Positions 26,701-35,482 of a stretch of 42,344 nt of DNA are shown here, in pieces. Position numbers and translations under genes: made by a program. Within the stretch, counting starts at the first letter, position 1; each line of letters begins with the position of its first letter. The notes under the pieces are model-generated. The model had not been told where the DNA came from. It did not search any database and saw only the letters and a list, made by a program, of their open reading frames with translations. This DNA is from a virus: the IMG/VR virus record IMGVR_UViG_3300045988_117928, positions 1-42,344 of that record; one strand, written 5' to 3'.

Positions 26701-26944
26701 GCTTCTGCCGTTCCAGGACATGAAGCAGATCGTGGAAAACCCGGTCGGATACATGGCGCAGCAAACCGGCCTGGAAGCGCCATTAGCTATCGCCCAGGAG
26801 CATCTGGGTCCAGCGATGTCTGCAGTTAGCCCTGATGGTACCGCCGTGGTCAACAACTTCATTGCCAATGACACCGACGGCATTTTCGCGAAGTACCGCG
26901 TGGAGCAGGCCAAAGCATCGGCCGGAAAGATTGGAGTGCATTAA
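20702..26944 (+). CDS. Tape measure protein
   Basis: 2080 aa. Ala/Gly-rich helical repeats. Embedded transglycosylase-like motif EHESNWDPNAVNPSSGAFGLFQLN (about 25806-25871) and papain-like Cys/His motif GAWGDCSY...FGHTSG (about 24826-25030). Confidence 0.9.
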   Translation: MAVEIAAAYISIIPETSKIAPGINKAMGGAEKSASKSGESMGQKLSSGMGSALKKSAVGVGVAAGAAIGAGLTKGIGRLNGIEQAEAKLRGLGHSASSVGSIMDNALASVKGTSFGLEEAATAAAGAVAAGIKPGQELERTLKVVGDTATIAGASMGEMGQIFNSVAARGKLQGDDMMQLLSRGVPVLQLLGEELDKTSAEISDMVTKGQIDFATFQNAMERGMGGAALEAGNTVEGAFRNMGAAAGRLGATIAGPFFNQAAGGFKGVTDALDAMNARAKPVMETFDAYLTSNVVPGLQNLASSAVDAFQAFMHSATVARTTEVFRQLWEAGKGLAPSLVSIGASAAQAAGALGVGTWNLFLTALQTTAVAAKALTPPLEAISSFMESHPATVTAAVAAWAGFKTLPGVVGKVTDAVTKQKTAMSESRSSIQQGVKDIQAYYRASGQEITKFEAQLQYLGTSSNVAIQSMARGYERGSVSLLKMAKAHKTAAVEARINAMWSKDAFTTIDYMAQSVGHTAAASLQRFGSVAGGIAGAGLQTMKAGAKGIINLFGGPWGAALAAGTAVVTTLIAETQKYNRFQDEAARSATLASSAFRDMFSAMASGGDVVAAMGSSVQDVQSHLEQLASNGPGWMSRVGIAVNEAGHNIGKAMGTISQETKFADEQWRDSSDSAGRAAEAIKRLGLSNEELAQQLTGSSAQFEAFKQKLIESGEGGAEAAAQMQKLRDEYNRAQGSLDRVGPAAANAAATIEELAGKTGDAGDRANKLRRAFMELAGVELSAADASAELTKVVDQVSGKMETFAGATMKANGLLDTTTTAGAAAHNELQTLGDTMADSVAAGNDIKDVWAQSSGVLDSLQQSLGMTDAEFQKLLKAYQMTPEQIQTIVDLKADGAKMELASVAAKFQELDGKSLETTMVVKDEGARKKLEDFGMKVKVVDEQTGEVTITAKDEQAVARYDWWVNHGMPNMDGKTAQMDAFLNTDQVKVSSAEARSILDQLDVSTTNPTAHLIMDEFRRDGEIARGDLEWLSTMSANPKVDLDTILLDTKTGTVNTTIDNLNGKTARPKADLDAMPLFATNEFAIAQLATLDLKRPMPWASMNIDGLNAQHIDALNKVGLLDGQRPTPAANLNIEDLTAEQQIALAQIFDLDSQRPTPLADLTKDQLDTKAAEAKRRLQELHDKKTEPKVTAKTSDAMTKLGGVRDLLAKLVSKTIFIDVFRRDHKSGNRHGGRFARGGRYPRFAHGGTYRDALSTKDRPHDGYRLPTAGPGTNEVDGFLAYDSYGMPAARLDAGEWIINRRSSAKYDKELQQINNGTFPKLPGYADGGVFDDIIHAETPPTAQEYRALVDGKMVRGVQAERPLDGAPYENFPNRRGAWGDCSYTQGILAAFGLGMDPWPRKFSTSTQLAWLQQHGANIGIGPAGSFRMGWYDNGGGQFGHTSGTLPDGTNVEMGGGPGGGKVGPAAAGFNHPQYTHHAWIPAGSGTTAASTSPDSPVETDAASDTAPGADGSDELAPSATASSFESDPDVAPLSPAASASADSLQATPPGGDSLSGYAGSVVAAFVSGHIGDALQIAGFPDQIPPIFKLGSVWFQAVNGGAEKLLNYRKNDDAVVEAGKTTEALPEGQQAAPGADRSVIDEGSLEEAVDSAVESPDVQGEEAEQPEEKLSGVDAVKAAVKKSLKAFGWDTGEQFDSIDFIVEHESNWDPNAVNPSSGAFGLFQLNPAAGTLQQYLPDRSPDPEKQGEAGARYIQDRYGTPVAAAEFWRANNWYDSGGRATGVGHMLKNTIKPERVLSPEQTKAFEDLVYNQIPAMQDTQPQGQPPQPAEQPQDAATVTGQEPEKTQPEQATGSLENMVNEALPMVMAQNSWADAAKLVTSSAVSFAGNMATSAASGLTDSVFSAGMSALGMAGTPTIGALVGSATAPVTGALGPAGGAAAGMAAAPLGAMLGQVMPMTPGDVVGTAGGAMTDLAAWYSGEVAWGVTNAFEEYSKDIFGSVLLPFQDMKQIVENPVGYMAQQTGLEAPLAIAQEHLGPAMSAVSPDGTAVVNNFIANDTDGIFAKYRVEQAKASAGKIGVH

Positions 26945-28059
26945 TGGATGACATTCAGGAATTCGGCCTGACCGTTATGGGCTGTGACGGCAGTATGTGG
27001 CCTATCCATGGCCCGGAGTCATGGGGCAGGAATGTTCGCCTGATGGAGGGCGACATGGGCGAGTTTTACGAGCCGCCAATCAAGACGGTTCATAAAGCCA
27101 GGGTTGGGCAGCCAGGCAGCAGTTATGTGGGCTCGAAAACCATGGAGCGCCATGTGGTGTTGAATGTGGACTTTTTCGGCGAGGATTGGGCGCATGACAA
27201 GTCACGGTTCATGCGCGCGTTCGCCCCGGATAAGGACACGAAGCTGGCTGTCACAACCCCCATGTCCGGCAAGCGACTCCTGACAGTCCGCCTGGAAGAG
27301 GGCCCGAAATACTTGGATAATCGTGACCCCTTTTCGCTGGCGGCTGCGTCGTACCAACTGGTGGTAATCGCCCACGACCCGTTTTACTACGAGCCGGTGC
27401 CATTTCGGCACAAGTTCGTATTCAACGGCTCGAACTGGGCGGGCGACGGCATCACCGTCAATAACCACGGTGACGTGGAGTCGTGGCCACAGTGGGTGCT
27501 GATATCCCCGGCGAAGTTTGGTCTTCCAGACCAGCCTATCGGTGAGAACTTCGACACTGACCGCATGATTTTCCTGCCCTGGCAACCCGTCGGCCGCACC
27601 ATGCTGGTCGACACTAACCCAGGTGCGGAGATGGTTGTAGCAAACGACAACACCCAGGCGTGGGCTGATTTGAATGGCCAGTTTTTCAAGCACCCAATCC
27701 CGCCAGGAACCCCGGACACCAGACTGCCAGTCTATGTTGACCCGTTCCCGCTGCTAGATATTCCGCTGCCGTACCAGTGGCGCATGTGGATTGCCCAAAA
27801 GCTCCGCGAGCTCGTAAAGGCAATCGGGCTGGATACGTTCCTGGCAATCACGCCGGAGGAAATCGGGAAGAAGATTTCCGAATGGATGAAGGGAAACGTC
27901 CCTGACTGGGTGCCGATTCTCTCTGATGACCTCATTGCAGATTTCACCGGCGACATGATTGCCTACGGCATCCGCCAAACCTACGGTTCCTTCGCCAACA
28001 TCGCCGGTGCGACTGCGGAAATCAGAATCCCAAGGAGGTGGCAATCCCCATGGCTGTGA
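26944..28059 (+). CDS. Distal tail protein (Dit-like minor tail protein)
   Basis: 371 aa. Start overlaps the TMP stop. Conserved position right after the tape measure gene. Confidence 0.6.
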   Translation: MDDIQEFGLTVMGCDGSMWPIHGPESWGRNVRLMEGDMGEFYEPPIKTVHKARVGQPGSSYVGSKTMERHVVLNVDFFGEDWAHDKSRFMRAFAPDKDTKLAVTTPMSGKRLLTVRLEEGPKYLDNRDPFSLAAASYQLVVIAHDPFYYEPVPFRHKFVFNGSNWAGDGITVNNHGDVESWPQWVLISPAKFGLPDQPIGENFDTDRMIFLPWQPVGRTMLVDTNPGAEMVVANDNTQAWADLNGQFFKHPIPPGTPDTRLPVYVDPFPLLDIPLPYQWRMWIAQKLRELVKAIGLDTFLAITPEEIGKKISEWMKGNVPDWVPILSDDLIADFTGDMIAYGIRQTYGSFANIAGATAEIRIPRRWQSPWL

Positions 28060-29723
28060 CCGTACAAGGCGCATCGGATGAGCAACTCGACGATATCTAT
28101 GAGCAGGCTATCGCCGCGCGGGAAGAACGGCGTCGCCGCCGTGACGAGCCGCCTCTTATCCGGATTTGGGAAAACAAAACGGTCGGCATGGTGCTCCGCG
28201 GTGTGGTGGCCGCCGAGTACGCCGGCTTTTTCGAAATCGAGGTCAATGAGACCGCCCCGGCGCAGCTCGTTCTCCCGTTTGACGATCATCTGGCGAAGTT
28301 CTGCTGGGAGCGGCGCAAACGTGAAAAACAGAACGTGGTTTTGACCATTGACGCCGCGGGGGAGCGGTGGGGCGGGTTGATGAGCAACTGCACCCTCACG
28401 CAGGACGAGGATCTAGCCCGCACGGTCACCGTCGATTTCGTTCACGACTATGAGATGTTTAAGCACCTTCCGTGCTGGGCGAATCCGCTTTCCCCACCAG
28501 CGCTTCAGATTCCTAATGCGTGGTCGCTTTTTGCAAACGCAATCTGGGGGCTAAAGGTTACGCTCTTCGCTAATCTTCTTCGGCTCAACGGGTCACTCTG
28601 GCAGCTCCCGGATGACCCTCTCGACCCGGAGTCCTGGGTGGCGACACTGGACTATAAACGCTGGCAGATGGTGGTCAAGCCCTCGCTGCTCACCACGGAC
28701 ACCAGTCCGCTGCGGTACATCCACTCGGAGTTCGAGAATTTCCACGACGTGGCTAAACCCATCTTGGAAGATTGCGGGCTTATGGTCACGTGCCGCCGTT
28801 GGCTTATCGGTGACCCGCAGCCGTGGCCGGGCGCTGGGTTGAAACGTAACGGCCAAATCGTCGTCGACATTATGGATAAAACCGGCTGGTACGGGCAAAC
28901 CTCCACATTCGGAAAGATTGGTTCCGGTCTCGTCCGCACCGGCCTGGAAATCGCCGATAACCTCGTCGACGAAACCCGCATCATCTTGGATAAGCCACGC
29001 CGAGCACCGCAGTACAGCGTCTCCGGGTTTCTGGGCGTCGCCCCAGAACAACCCTGGGTCGTCTACCGCACTAACGGCAAGGCCAGCACGGTCAACAGCG
29101 TGTCCGCCAGCTACAAGCCTGCCTCTGTTGCGCAGGTCACGGTCGGTGGTAAATCTGCCCCGGGGGTCAATGAGCTCATTAGTGCGAACATCAAGCTGAT
29201 TTTCAACATTATGGGCTCGTTCATTCTCCAGCCAGCGCTCGGCTCTGTTGTTGAATCAATCATCCGCCCGTGGTTTGAAGACCGGCTCTTGGCGTGGATG
29301 AGTATCAAATCTCCGCTCCGGTCGAAGAAGCTCGGTTGGGCGCACTTTCCAGAAAACGTCGTCCATCACTCCGGGCAGGCCTACACGTTGTCGGCGCTGC
29401 TGGCGATGAGGAAAGAGTTCCGCGACACCAACGAACAGTGGGCTTTCGAGGTCAACATCGGTGACGGTGCGCCGTATCTCATCGGCGCGCCGGGCTTTGG
29501 TCATTGGACGATTGGTGACCGTATTGGCTGTGAGGAGCCGGGAGCAGATGACGGGTACGTGCAGGTGCTGCAGTGCCGCAAGCTTCGCCTTGAGTGGGAT
29601 GCGGATACTCCGAAGGAGTGGACGGCAACGTTGGGCGTTCCACCGTTGCGTGACCCGGTCGAGTGGGCGGTTGACCAGATTAATACTGTGACGTCGAGTT
29701 TTAAGAAACATGGGTGGCTGTAA
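28050..29723 (+). CDS. Minor tail protein (Tal/baseplate-like)
   Basis: About 557 aa. The second large gene after the TMP. Confidence 0.55.
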   Translation: MAVTVQGASDEQLDDIYEQAIAAREERRRRRDEPPLIRIWENKTVGMVLRGVVAAEYAGFFEIEVNETAPAQLVLPFDDHLAKFCWERRKREKQNVVLTIDAAGERWGGLMSNCTLTQDEDLARTVTVDFVHDYEMFKHLPCWANPLSPPALQIPNAWSLFANAIWGLKVTLFANLLRLNGSLWQLPDDPLDPESWVATLDYKRWQMVVKPSLLTTDTSPLRYIHSEFENFHDVAKPILEDCGLMVTCRRWLIGDPQPWPGAGLKRNGQIVVDIMDKTGWYGQTSTFGKIGSGLVRTGLEIADNLVDETRIILDKPRRAPQYSVSGFLGVAPEQPWVVYRTNGKASTVNSVSASYKPASVAQVTVGGKSAPGVNELISANIKLIFNIMGSFILQPALGSVVESIIRPWFEDRLLAWMSIKSPLRSKKLGWAHFPENVVHHSGQAYTLSALLAMRKEFRDTNEQWAFEVNIGDGAPYLIGAPGFGHWTIGDRIGCEEPGADDGYVQVLQCRKLRLEWDADTPKEWTATLGVPPLRDPVEWAVDQINTVTSSFKKHGWL

Positions 29724-30107
29724 ATGAGTTTGCCAACACTGGAAACAACTTATGACGCGGATGACCCGACACAGTTCATGCTGTGGGCGTGGGTGAAGCT
29801 CACTACCGGTAAGGGGGACTTTGGGGTTCCGGAGGAAACGGCCGCTGAGCTTTCGCAGATTTTTTGGCGCCGCGGGTTCCGCCATCATCCGGAGCTGCAG
29901 ATGGAGTTTTATAAGCCTCCGTTTGATGGGGCTGGGTGGTGGCAGGGCCAGGCCGGTCTGTGGTTGCCGGCTGATGAGCCTGGCGTGCCACCGGAGGACG
30001 TGGTGTCGAAGTCCGCGGGAGACGTCGACGTGATTATGGCGGCGTTGACACCTGAACAGAAAACAGCGCTCCGCAAGAAACTGCATGAGGAGGGGGAGGG
30101 GCGATGA
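29724..30107 (+). CDS. Minor tail protein (hypothetical)
   Basis: 127 aa. Coupled start. Confidence 0.4.
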   Translation: MSLPTLETTYDADDPTQFMLWAWVKLTTGKGDFGVPEETAAELSQIFWRRGFRHHPELQMEFYKPPFDGAGWWQGQAGLWLPADEPGVPPEDVVSKSAGDVDVIMAALTPEQKTALRKKLHEEGEGR

Positions 30108-30904
30108 CTGCGCCAGAACCGAAAGAGTATGGAGTACCAGCCGGTGCGATGCGCCCCGGTGACCTGGGGAAGCTGCAGAACATCAACGGCGACTCCATTA
30201 ATTGGGGGCAGCTGACCGGTATCACGGCCGCGGCGGAGGAAGCTCGCAACGGGTTCCTGCAGGGGCTAAAGAGTTCCATCATCAGCCCGCTTGTGAAGGC
30301 GTTTACCGGCTCTGAGGGTGACTTGCCGGAGCTCACGACCGCTATCACCGACCAGCAATCAAAAACACAAAGTCTGTGGGATGAGCGTGGTCGTGGACAT
30401 GTTTTTAGTTCTAAGAATTTGACGTACCGCGGTGACCAGACTGCCGCCACAAGAATGCAAATCCCCTTTACAGAGCAGGTGGGTCCGCTCATTGGCGTCG
30501 AGATTGACCCCGATGGCGGCCTAGTCCTCAAAACCCCCGGCTCATGGATGATAACCGCCAAAGTCGGAGTATCTGGGACGAACGCGCTCGGTGGCGACTG
30601 GCAGCGAGTGTGGGTAGAGGCGCGACGGGCTGACGGGTCACTGCTGGCGGAGTCATGGGCGACTGGCTGGGCGGGGAAAGACCAGGCGACTGTGATGGAT
30701 ATTCTCCCGCTCGTTATTAGCCCGTATGAGGCATCCGATGGTGTCACTGTGCGCATTTTCCAGGATTGCGGCCGGTGGCGGTATCTGCTTGGCGGGCACG
30801 GATACACATTTCTTTTCGCGCAGAAGCAGTCGAGCACTCGTGTGATGTCCAGTGTGGACCCGGGCGACCCGGGAATGTTTAATCAAGAAGAAGGTGAGTC
30901 ATGA
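30104..30904 (+). CDS. Minor tail protein
   Basis: 266 aa. SD GGGAGGGG upstream. Confidence 0.45.
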   Translation: MTAPEPKEYGVPAGAMRPGDLGKLQNINGDSINWGQLTGITAAAEEARNGFLQGLKSSIISPLVKAFTGSEGDLPELTTAITDQQSKTQSLWDERGRGHVFSSKNLTYRGDQTAATRMQIPFTEQVGPLIGVEIDPDGGLVLKTPGSWMITAKVGVSGTNALGGDWQRVWVEARRADGSLLAESWATGWAGKDQATVMDILPLVISPYEASDGVTVRIFQDCGRWRYLLGGHGYTFLFAQKQSSTRVMSSVDPGDPGMFNQEEGES

Positions 30905-31797
30905 CCATTCTTTATGGGACGTTCATCAATGAAGCCCACGAGCGGTCGAGTGGCACTGTCACGGTGTCGGCGGTGGAGTCCAGGCCGTCGTATGAAGGCA
31001 CGGAGATTGTCACACGCGAGCTGCATAGGCAACGTCTCGACGAGGGCAGTTTTGAGACTCCGGAGCTTGACCCCGGCCGTATTCGGGTAGAGCTGGCGGT
31101 TTCTGGGGTATATGAGGTGTGGGAGATTGACCTGCCGTTGTCTGGGCGGGTGAACCTGAAAGACCAGCTGGACGCGAAGGTGGACTACTCACCGGACGTG
31201 ACTGGCCGTGTTGAATCCGCGCTGACAAAGATTGCTGAGGCGGAACAGCGTATTGAGGCTACGGTCGCTGATACTGCTGACGCTATCGAAACCAGGCTGC
31301 AGGAGTCGATGTCCGCACAGGTGGAAGCTGCGAAAGACGCTGCAGCGCGTGCTGAGGCTGCCGCCCAAAACACCGTGGTTGGTGCTCCGGAAACTGGGTG
31401 GGCACGCAACCAGCTATCCGACGATGTCCAATCTTCGCTGGCTAAGGCTGATGAGTCAGTCTCGGCGGCTGGTGTGGATGAGCGAGTGTCTAAGGCCGTG
31501 GAGCCTCTGGCGCACTCAAGTAGCGTTGACGCACTGTCGAAGCGGGTATCTGCCCTGGAGGGTGCGGATACTCCTGATTTTTCTGGGTACGCAACCCAGG
31601 AATGGGTCACAGAGCAGGTGAAGGCGAAGGCTGAACGGTCGGCGGTGACGTCGTTGCAGCAGCTGGTGGAAAACCAGCGTCAGCAGATCCAAGCGCTTCA
31701 AGGTCAGGTTGCCGCGTTGGTTGCATCGGAGTCTGTGCGCCGCATTGAGCTGGGCACTGGCTCGGACACGTCGACGCTGTACATCGAGGGGGCGTAG
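30901..31797 (+). CDS. Minor tail protein with long coiled-coil (fiber-like)
   Basis: 298 aa with a central Ala/Glu-rich helical region. Confidence 0.45.
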   Translation: MTILYGTFINEAHERSSGTVTVSAVESRPSYEGTEIVTRELHRQRLDEGSFETPELDPGRIRVELAVSGVYEVWEIDLPLSGRVNLKDQLDAKVDYSPDVTGRVESALTKIAEAEQRIEATVADTADAIETRLQESMSAQVEAAKDAAARAEAAAQNTVVGAPETGWARNQLSDDVQSSLAKADESVSAAGVDERVSKAVEPLAHSSSVDALSKRVSALEGADTPDFSGYATQEWVTEQVKAKAERSAVTSLQQLVENQRQQIQALQGQVAALVASESVRRIELGTGSDTSTLYIEGA

Positions 31798-33069
31798 ATG
31801 CCGCAGTTAAGTGACGCGAAAACGGTTTCATTTAGGGGCAGGCCGGTTAAGGCTTTGTGGCTTGGTGGCCGGAAAGTATGGCCGACTGCCCCGGAGGTTG
31901 GCGACTGGCTGCTAGGGAATCAGGCAGTGAGGTCATGGTTTAGAGATAAGCTTCTCGACGCCAAGCTCGCAGACCCCGCAAAGTCGGGGAAGACCAGTGC
32001 GACGCTGTCGGTGCCGGATAAGTCCTTTAATGAGTTCATGGCGTGTCTGGCCGATGGTGGCACAGTGACGTGGACAGAAGGTGACCGCGTAGCACTGCGG
32101 TTATCAAGGCGAGGCAGGCAAGTGCGTGTGGAATCCACCGCCACACGAGGTAGTGTCACGGACTTCTCTTACGAGTGTGAGGATGTCCCGTGGGTATGGA
32201 TGGGCGTGAAATCGTCCAAGCACTGGTACGGGTACTGGTTGGATCTCTTCGACGCCGATGGCAACAAGCTCGACGGGCGAGGAAATTCTCATGGTTTGAA
32301 ACTGCCGGAGCAAATGTTCAACGGTGACCAGATGACGGTCAGCGTCAATACCAAAGCGTGCTACCCGCTACATGGGCTGCACGGTGGGGCGAAGTTCCGC
32401 GACCTCCTCGCCAATAATTCCATCGTCGACCGCTTCACGGTCTCTCAGACGTGGAAGCGTCGATGGATGGACGCTGGCGGGACGGCTACTGCGTATCTTG
32501 TCGGTGGCGGGCAGGGTGGCACCGGCGGACAGGGCGGCACCGGCGGGCAAGGCGGCACGTACGGCGATGTTCGAACTTCGTTTCTCAATCCTGCGCCCTC
32601 CGGCGCAAATGGAGCAGACGGCGCAATGGGAGAACCTGGAGCAAGCGGCCTAATCCTTGTCATCGAGGATGCGCCGGAGTCCGCAGCGCTGACAGTCGGA
32701 GCAGGTGGCACCGGCGGGCAAGGCGGCGTTGGTGGTGCCGGTGGCGCAGGCGGCAGAGAAGGCCTATTTTCCGCCCCTCCAGGGGGAGTTGGAAAACCCG
32801 GGCTGCCAGGGCAACAAGGCCAGCCGGGCAGTAGTACGCAATTCAATGACCAGTCCTCAATCTCTGGCACCGCGAACCGCACCGGGGTGCCTCCCGAAGC
32901 ACTAAAACTCGGACTTGGCGGCGTTGGTGGTGCCGGTGGCGCTGGCGGTGCTGGCGGCGCTGGTGGTTACGACCGCAACAACGGGTCGCCAGGACAAACC
33001 GGCGAACAAGGCAAAACCGGATCAACCGGAGGCGGAGGCGGCCTCGTCGTGGTCTACGACTGGAACTAA
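31798..33069 (+). CDS. Glycine-rich collagen-like minor tail protein
   Basis: 423 aa with GGQGGTGGQGGTGGQGGT and GGAGGAGGAGG repeats. Confidence 0.6.
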   Translation: MPQLSDAKTVSFRGRPVKALWLGGRKVWPTAPEVGDWLLGNQAVRSWFRDKLLDAKLADPAKSGKTSATLSVPDKSFNEFMACLADGGTVTWTEGDRVALRLSRRGRQVRVESTATRGSVTDFSYECEDVPWVWMGVKSSKHWYGYWLDLFDADGNKLDGRGNSHGLKLPEQMFNGDQMTVSVNTKACYPLHGLHGGAKFRDLLANNSIVDRFTVSQTWKRRWMDAGGTATAYLVGGGQGGTGGQGGTGGQGGTYGDVRTSFLNPAPSGANGADGAMGEPGASGLILVIEDAPESAALTVGAGGTGGQGGVGGAGGAGGREGLFSAPPGGVGKPGLPGQQGQPGSSTQFNDQSSISGTANRTGVPPEALKLGLGGVGGAGGAGGAGGAGGYDRNNGSPGQTGEQGKTGSTGGGGGLVVVYDWN

Positions 33070-33097
33070 AAACCACCACAAAAGGGAGGACAAAGAG

Positions 33098-34585
33098 ATG
33101 ACAATATTCGGCGTCGATGTCTCAGAACACCAAAACGGCATGAGCCTCACACAGGCCAAACGCGAAGGCATTAGTTTCGCAATCCTACGGCTGTGCGACG
33201 GCACCTACCGCGACAACGTTTTCCACTCGCACCTCAAAGACGCAGAACGCGCCGGGCTTCTGATTGCGACCTACTGGTACCTGCGCGCACCGTCCGAGGG
33301 TACGACGATTGCCCAGCAGGTTGATGTCATTGACCAGCAGATGGGTGGTCGTCGTGACCTGCCGGTGTGGATTGATGTGGAGAGCGTCGCGGGGAACCGG
33401 AAACTGCTCACCGAAGCGGACGTGTGGGTGGCTAAACGGGAGCTAGAAAAACGCGGATATCACGTTTCCGGCATCTACTCGGGCGCGTGGTACTGGGAGA
33501 ACATGCCCGGTGGCGAACCGTCAATGTCCGGACTCGGTGCTCTGTGGGTATCCAACTACGGCCGCAACCGAACACTGCCATACCGCGCCGCATACGACGG
33601 TGACGGCGGCGACAACCACAACGGGTGGGACTACCCGCTAGGCAACAAGAAGCCAGATATTCTGCAGTACGGCTCAAACGGCCTCGTCGCTGGCTTCAAG
33701 GTTGACGTCAATGCGTACCGGGGCACCATCGAGCAGCTCAAGAACCTTTTCACAGGCACACGTGCGACACCGCCTGCGCCCCGCCCGGAACGAGAAAGGA
33801 AACCCATGGAAAAAATGCTCGACTACCGGCGTGACCAGATCTGGCAAGACACCGGCTACAACTGCGGCCCCGCGTCGGCTCAAACCATCATCAGAGCGGC
33901 CACCGGTGTTCTTTTGCCGGAGGCAACCCTGGCACGTGAAATGGGCACAACGACGCGGGGCACCGACTGGATTGGGCAGATTAAGCCCGTGCTCGACAAG
34001 CACGCGCCTGCGGGGAAGTGGGCTTTGGCGGAAATGCCGAATGACCCGCCAACCACGGCGCAGCGAGACCAGCTGTGGCAACGGGTCACCGCCAGCATTG
34101 ACGCAGGGTTCGGCGTGCTGGCCAACATTGTGGCCCCACCATCGAACTACCCGCGCGCAAGCTACAAGAGTCGTCAGAATCTCGCGTACTCCGGAGGCAC
34201 GGTCTACCACTACCTGTGCGTGATGGGCTATGCCGTCGATGATGCGGGGCAGCGGCATGTGTGGCTCGCCGATAGCGGCTTTAAGCCCTACGGGTCGTGG
34301 GTTACGTTCGAACAGCTTTCGACGATGATTCCGCCCAAGGGCTATCTGTATTCCACTGTGGTGAAGAAAAAGGAGGCACCTATGACCGCACCGCTTACGC
34401 TCAACACTCCGTGCAAATCGCATGTTCCTGGCTCGAAGCACATCGCACCGCTTGCTGACTACATCATGTACACGGACGCGGGAGTGTTCGCTCTCAGGCA
34501 GCAGGTAGGCGAGCTACAGAAGCAAAACGCCGAAGTGCTCAAGCAACTCGATGAGCTCAGGCAGCTCGTCGCTAACAACAAGTAA
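33098..34585 (+). CDS. Endolysin: GH25 muramidase plus papain-like Cys peptidase domain plus C-terminal coiled coil
   Basis: ATG at 33098 follows SD AAAGGGAGG. The N-terminus MTIFGVDVSEHQNG matches the GH25 signature. The central stretch YNCGPASAQTII...HYLCVMGY...D is a Cys-His papain-like fold. The extreme C-terminus is coiled-coil. Confidence 0.8.
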   Translation: MTIFGVDVSEHQNGMSLTQAKREGISFAILRLCDGTYRDNVFHSHLKDAERAGLLIATYWYLRAPSEGTTIAQQVDVIDQQMGGRRDLPVWIDVESVAGNRKLLTEADVWVAKRELEKRGYHVSGIYSGAWYWENMPGGEPSMSGLGALWVSNYGRNRTLPYRAAYDGDGGDNHNGWDYPLGNKKPDILQYGSNGLVAGFKVDVNAYRGTIEQLKNLFTGTRATPPAPRPERERKPMEKMLDYRRDQIWQDTGYNCGPASAQTIIRAATGVLLPEATLAREMGTTTRGTDWIGQIKPVLDKHAPAGKWALAEMPNDPPTTAQRDQLWQRVTASIDAGFGVLANIVAPPSNYPRASYKSRQNLAYSGGTVYHYLCVMGYAVDDAGQRHVWLADSGFKPYGSWVTFEQLSTMIPPKGYLYSTVVKKKEAPMTAPLTLNTPCKSHVPGSKHIAPLADYIMYTDAGVFALRQQVGELQKQNAEVLKQLDELRQLVANNK

Positions 34586-34611
34586 GCACCCCGCCGGGGT
34601 GCTTTTCTTTT
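34585..34611 (+). terminator. Hairpin plus T-run after the endolysin
   Basis: agcacccc-gcc-ggggtgct followed by TTTCTTTT. Confidence 0.45.
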
Positions 34612-34664
34612 GCCCGCGTCGACCGGCGTGGGCATGTTTCATACCCAAAAGAAGGAGAACAATC

Positions 34665-35030
34665 ATGGAAACCATTCGTAATTTCATCCCAGCGTCCGCT
34701 CGTGCCACCTGGTACGCGGTCGCGTCCGCGCTCGTCGCAGCGCTCGTATCCTGGGGCATGCTCGACGATGCGGCAGCACCGGCAGTCACCGGTGTGGTCA
34801 TCGCGGTCATCACTTTGATGTTCGCGCTGCTCCACTCCACTAGCCCCTGGCGTCAAGCGCTCTATGGCGTCGCGTCTGCAGTCTCCGTGCTTGGCGTCTA
34901 CCTCGGCTGGGGGACAGAAGCACAGTTCGACTCCATTTTGATGATTATTGCCCCTGTGTTGGCTATCGGCACCGCCGCAGCGACCACCAATGCCGGCGAG
35001 TACGTCGGTGAGCACCGGCTGGGCGAGTAG
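34665..35030 (+). CDS. Holin-like membrane protein
   Basis: ATG at 34665 follows SD GAAGGAG. 121 aa with about 4 predicted TM helices. Immediately downstream of the endolysin. Confidence 0.55.
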   Translation: METIRNFIPASARATWYAVASALVAALVSWGMLDDAAAPAVTGVVIAVITLMFALLHSTSPWRQALYGVASAVSVLGVYLGWGTEAQFDSILMIIAPVLAIGTAAATTNAGEYVGEHRLGE

Positions 35031-35041
35031 GAGCTGGCGCG

Positions 35042-35482
35042 GTGACGGAAAAACTGTTCAACCCGCGCATAATCGCCACAGTCTGGGCAATCTACGCTGC
35101 AGCCACCAGTTACGGCTACTACGGGCATTCGGTGACCGCGCTCACACCAGTTGAGGCAGCGCTGCCGGCCGGTAGTCCGGCGTTGGCATGGGCAGCCGCA
35201 TCGCTGCTTCTGGCTATTGGTGCGGCCACCTCTCCGAGAGGGAAGTGGGCAGCCCTTGGCAGAGTCAGCCGAACCGCAGGCATTGCAATCTGCGGCGCGT
35301 TGCTGACAATGTGGGCGAGCTCGTATGCGATTGACGCGATCCACGACGGGTCACGCATGTGGGTCAGCGCGAAGAACTATCTGCTGTTGGCTATTACTGC
35401 GGCCGCGTCTGCCACAGTGATGGGACGAAACCGCTCCCGTGGGGAGGTTGCGTATGGAAATCAACTGGGGAAGTCTCATTAA
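35042..35482 (+). CDS. Second multi-TM membrane protein (holin-like)
   Basis: 146 aa with 4 hydrophobic segments. Start is GTG. Confidence 0.4.
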   Translation: MTEKLFNPRIIATVWAIYAAATSYGYYGHSVTALTPVEAALPAGSPALAWAAASLLLAIGAATSPRGKWAALGRVSRTAGIAICGALLTMWASSYAIDAIHDGSRMWVSAKNYLLLAITAAASATVMGRNRSRGEVAYGNQLGKSH

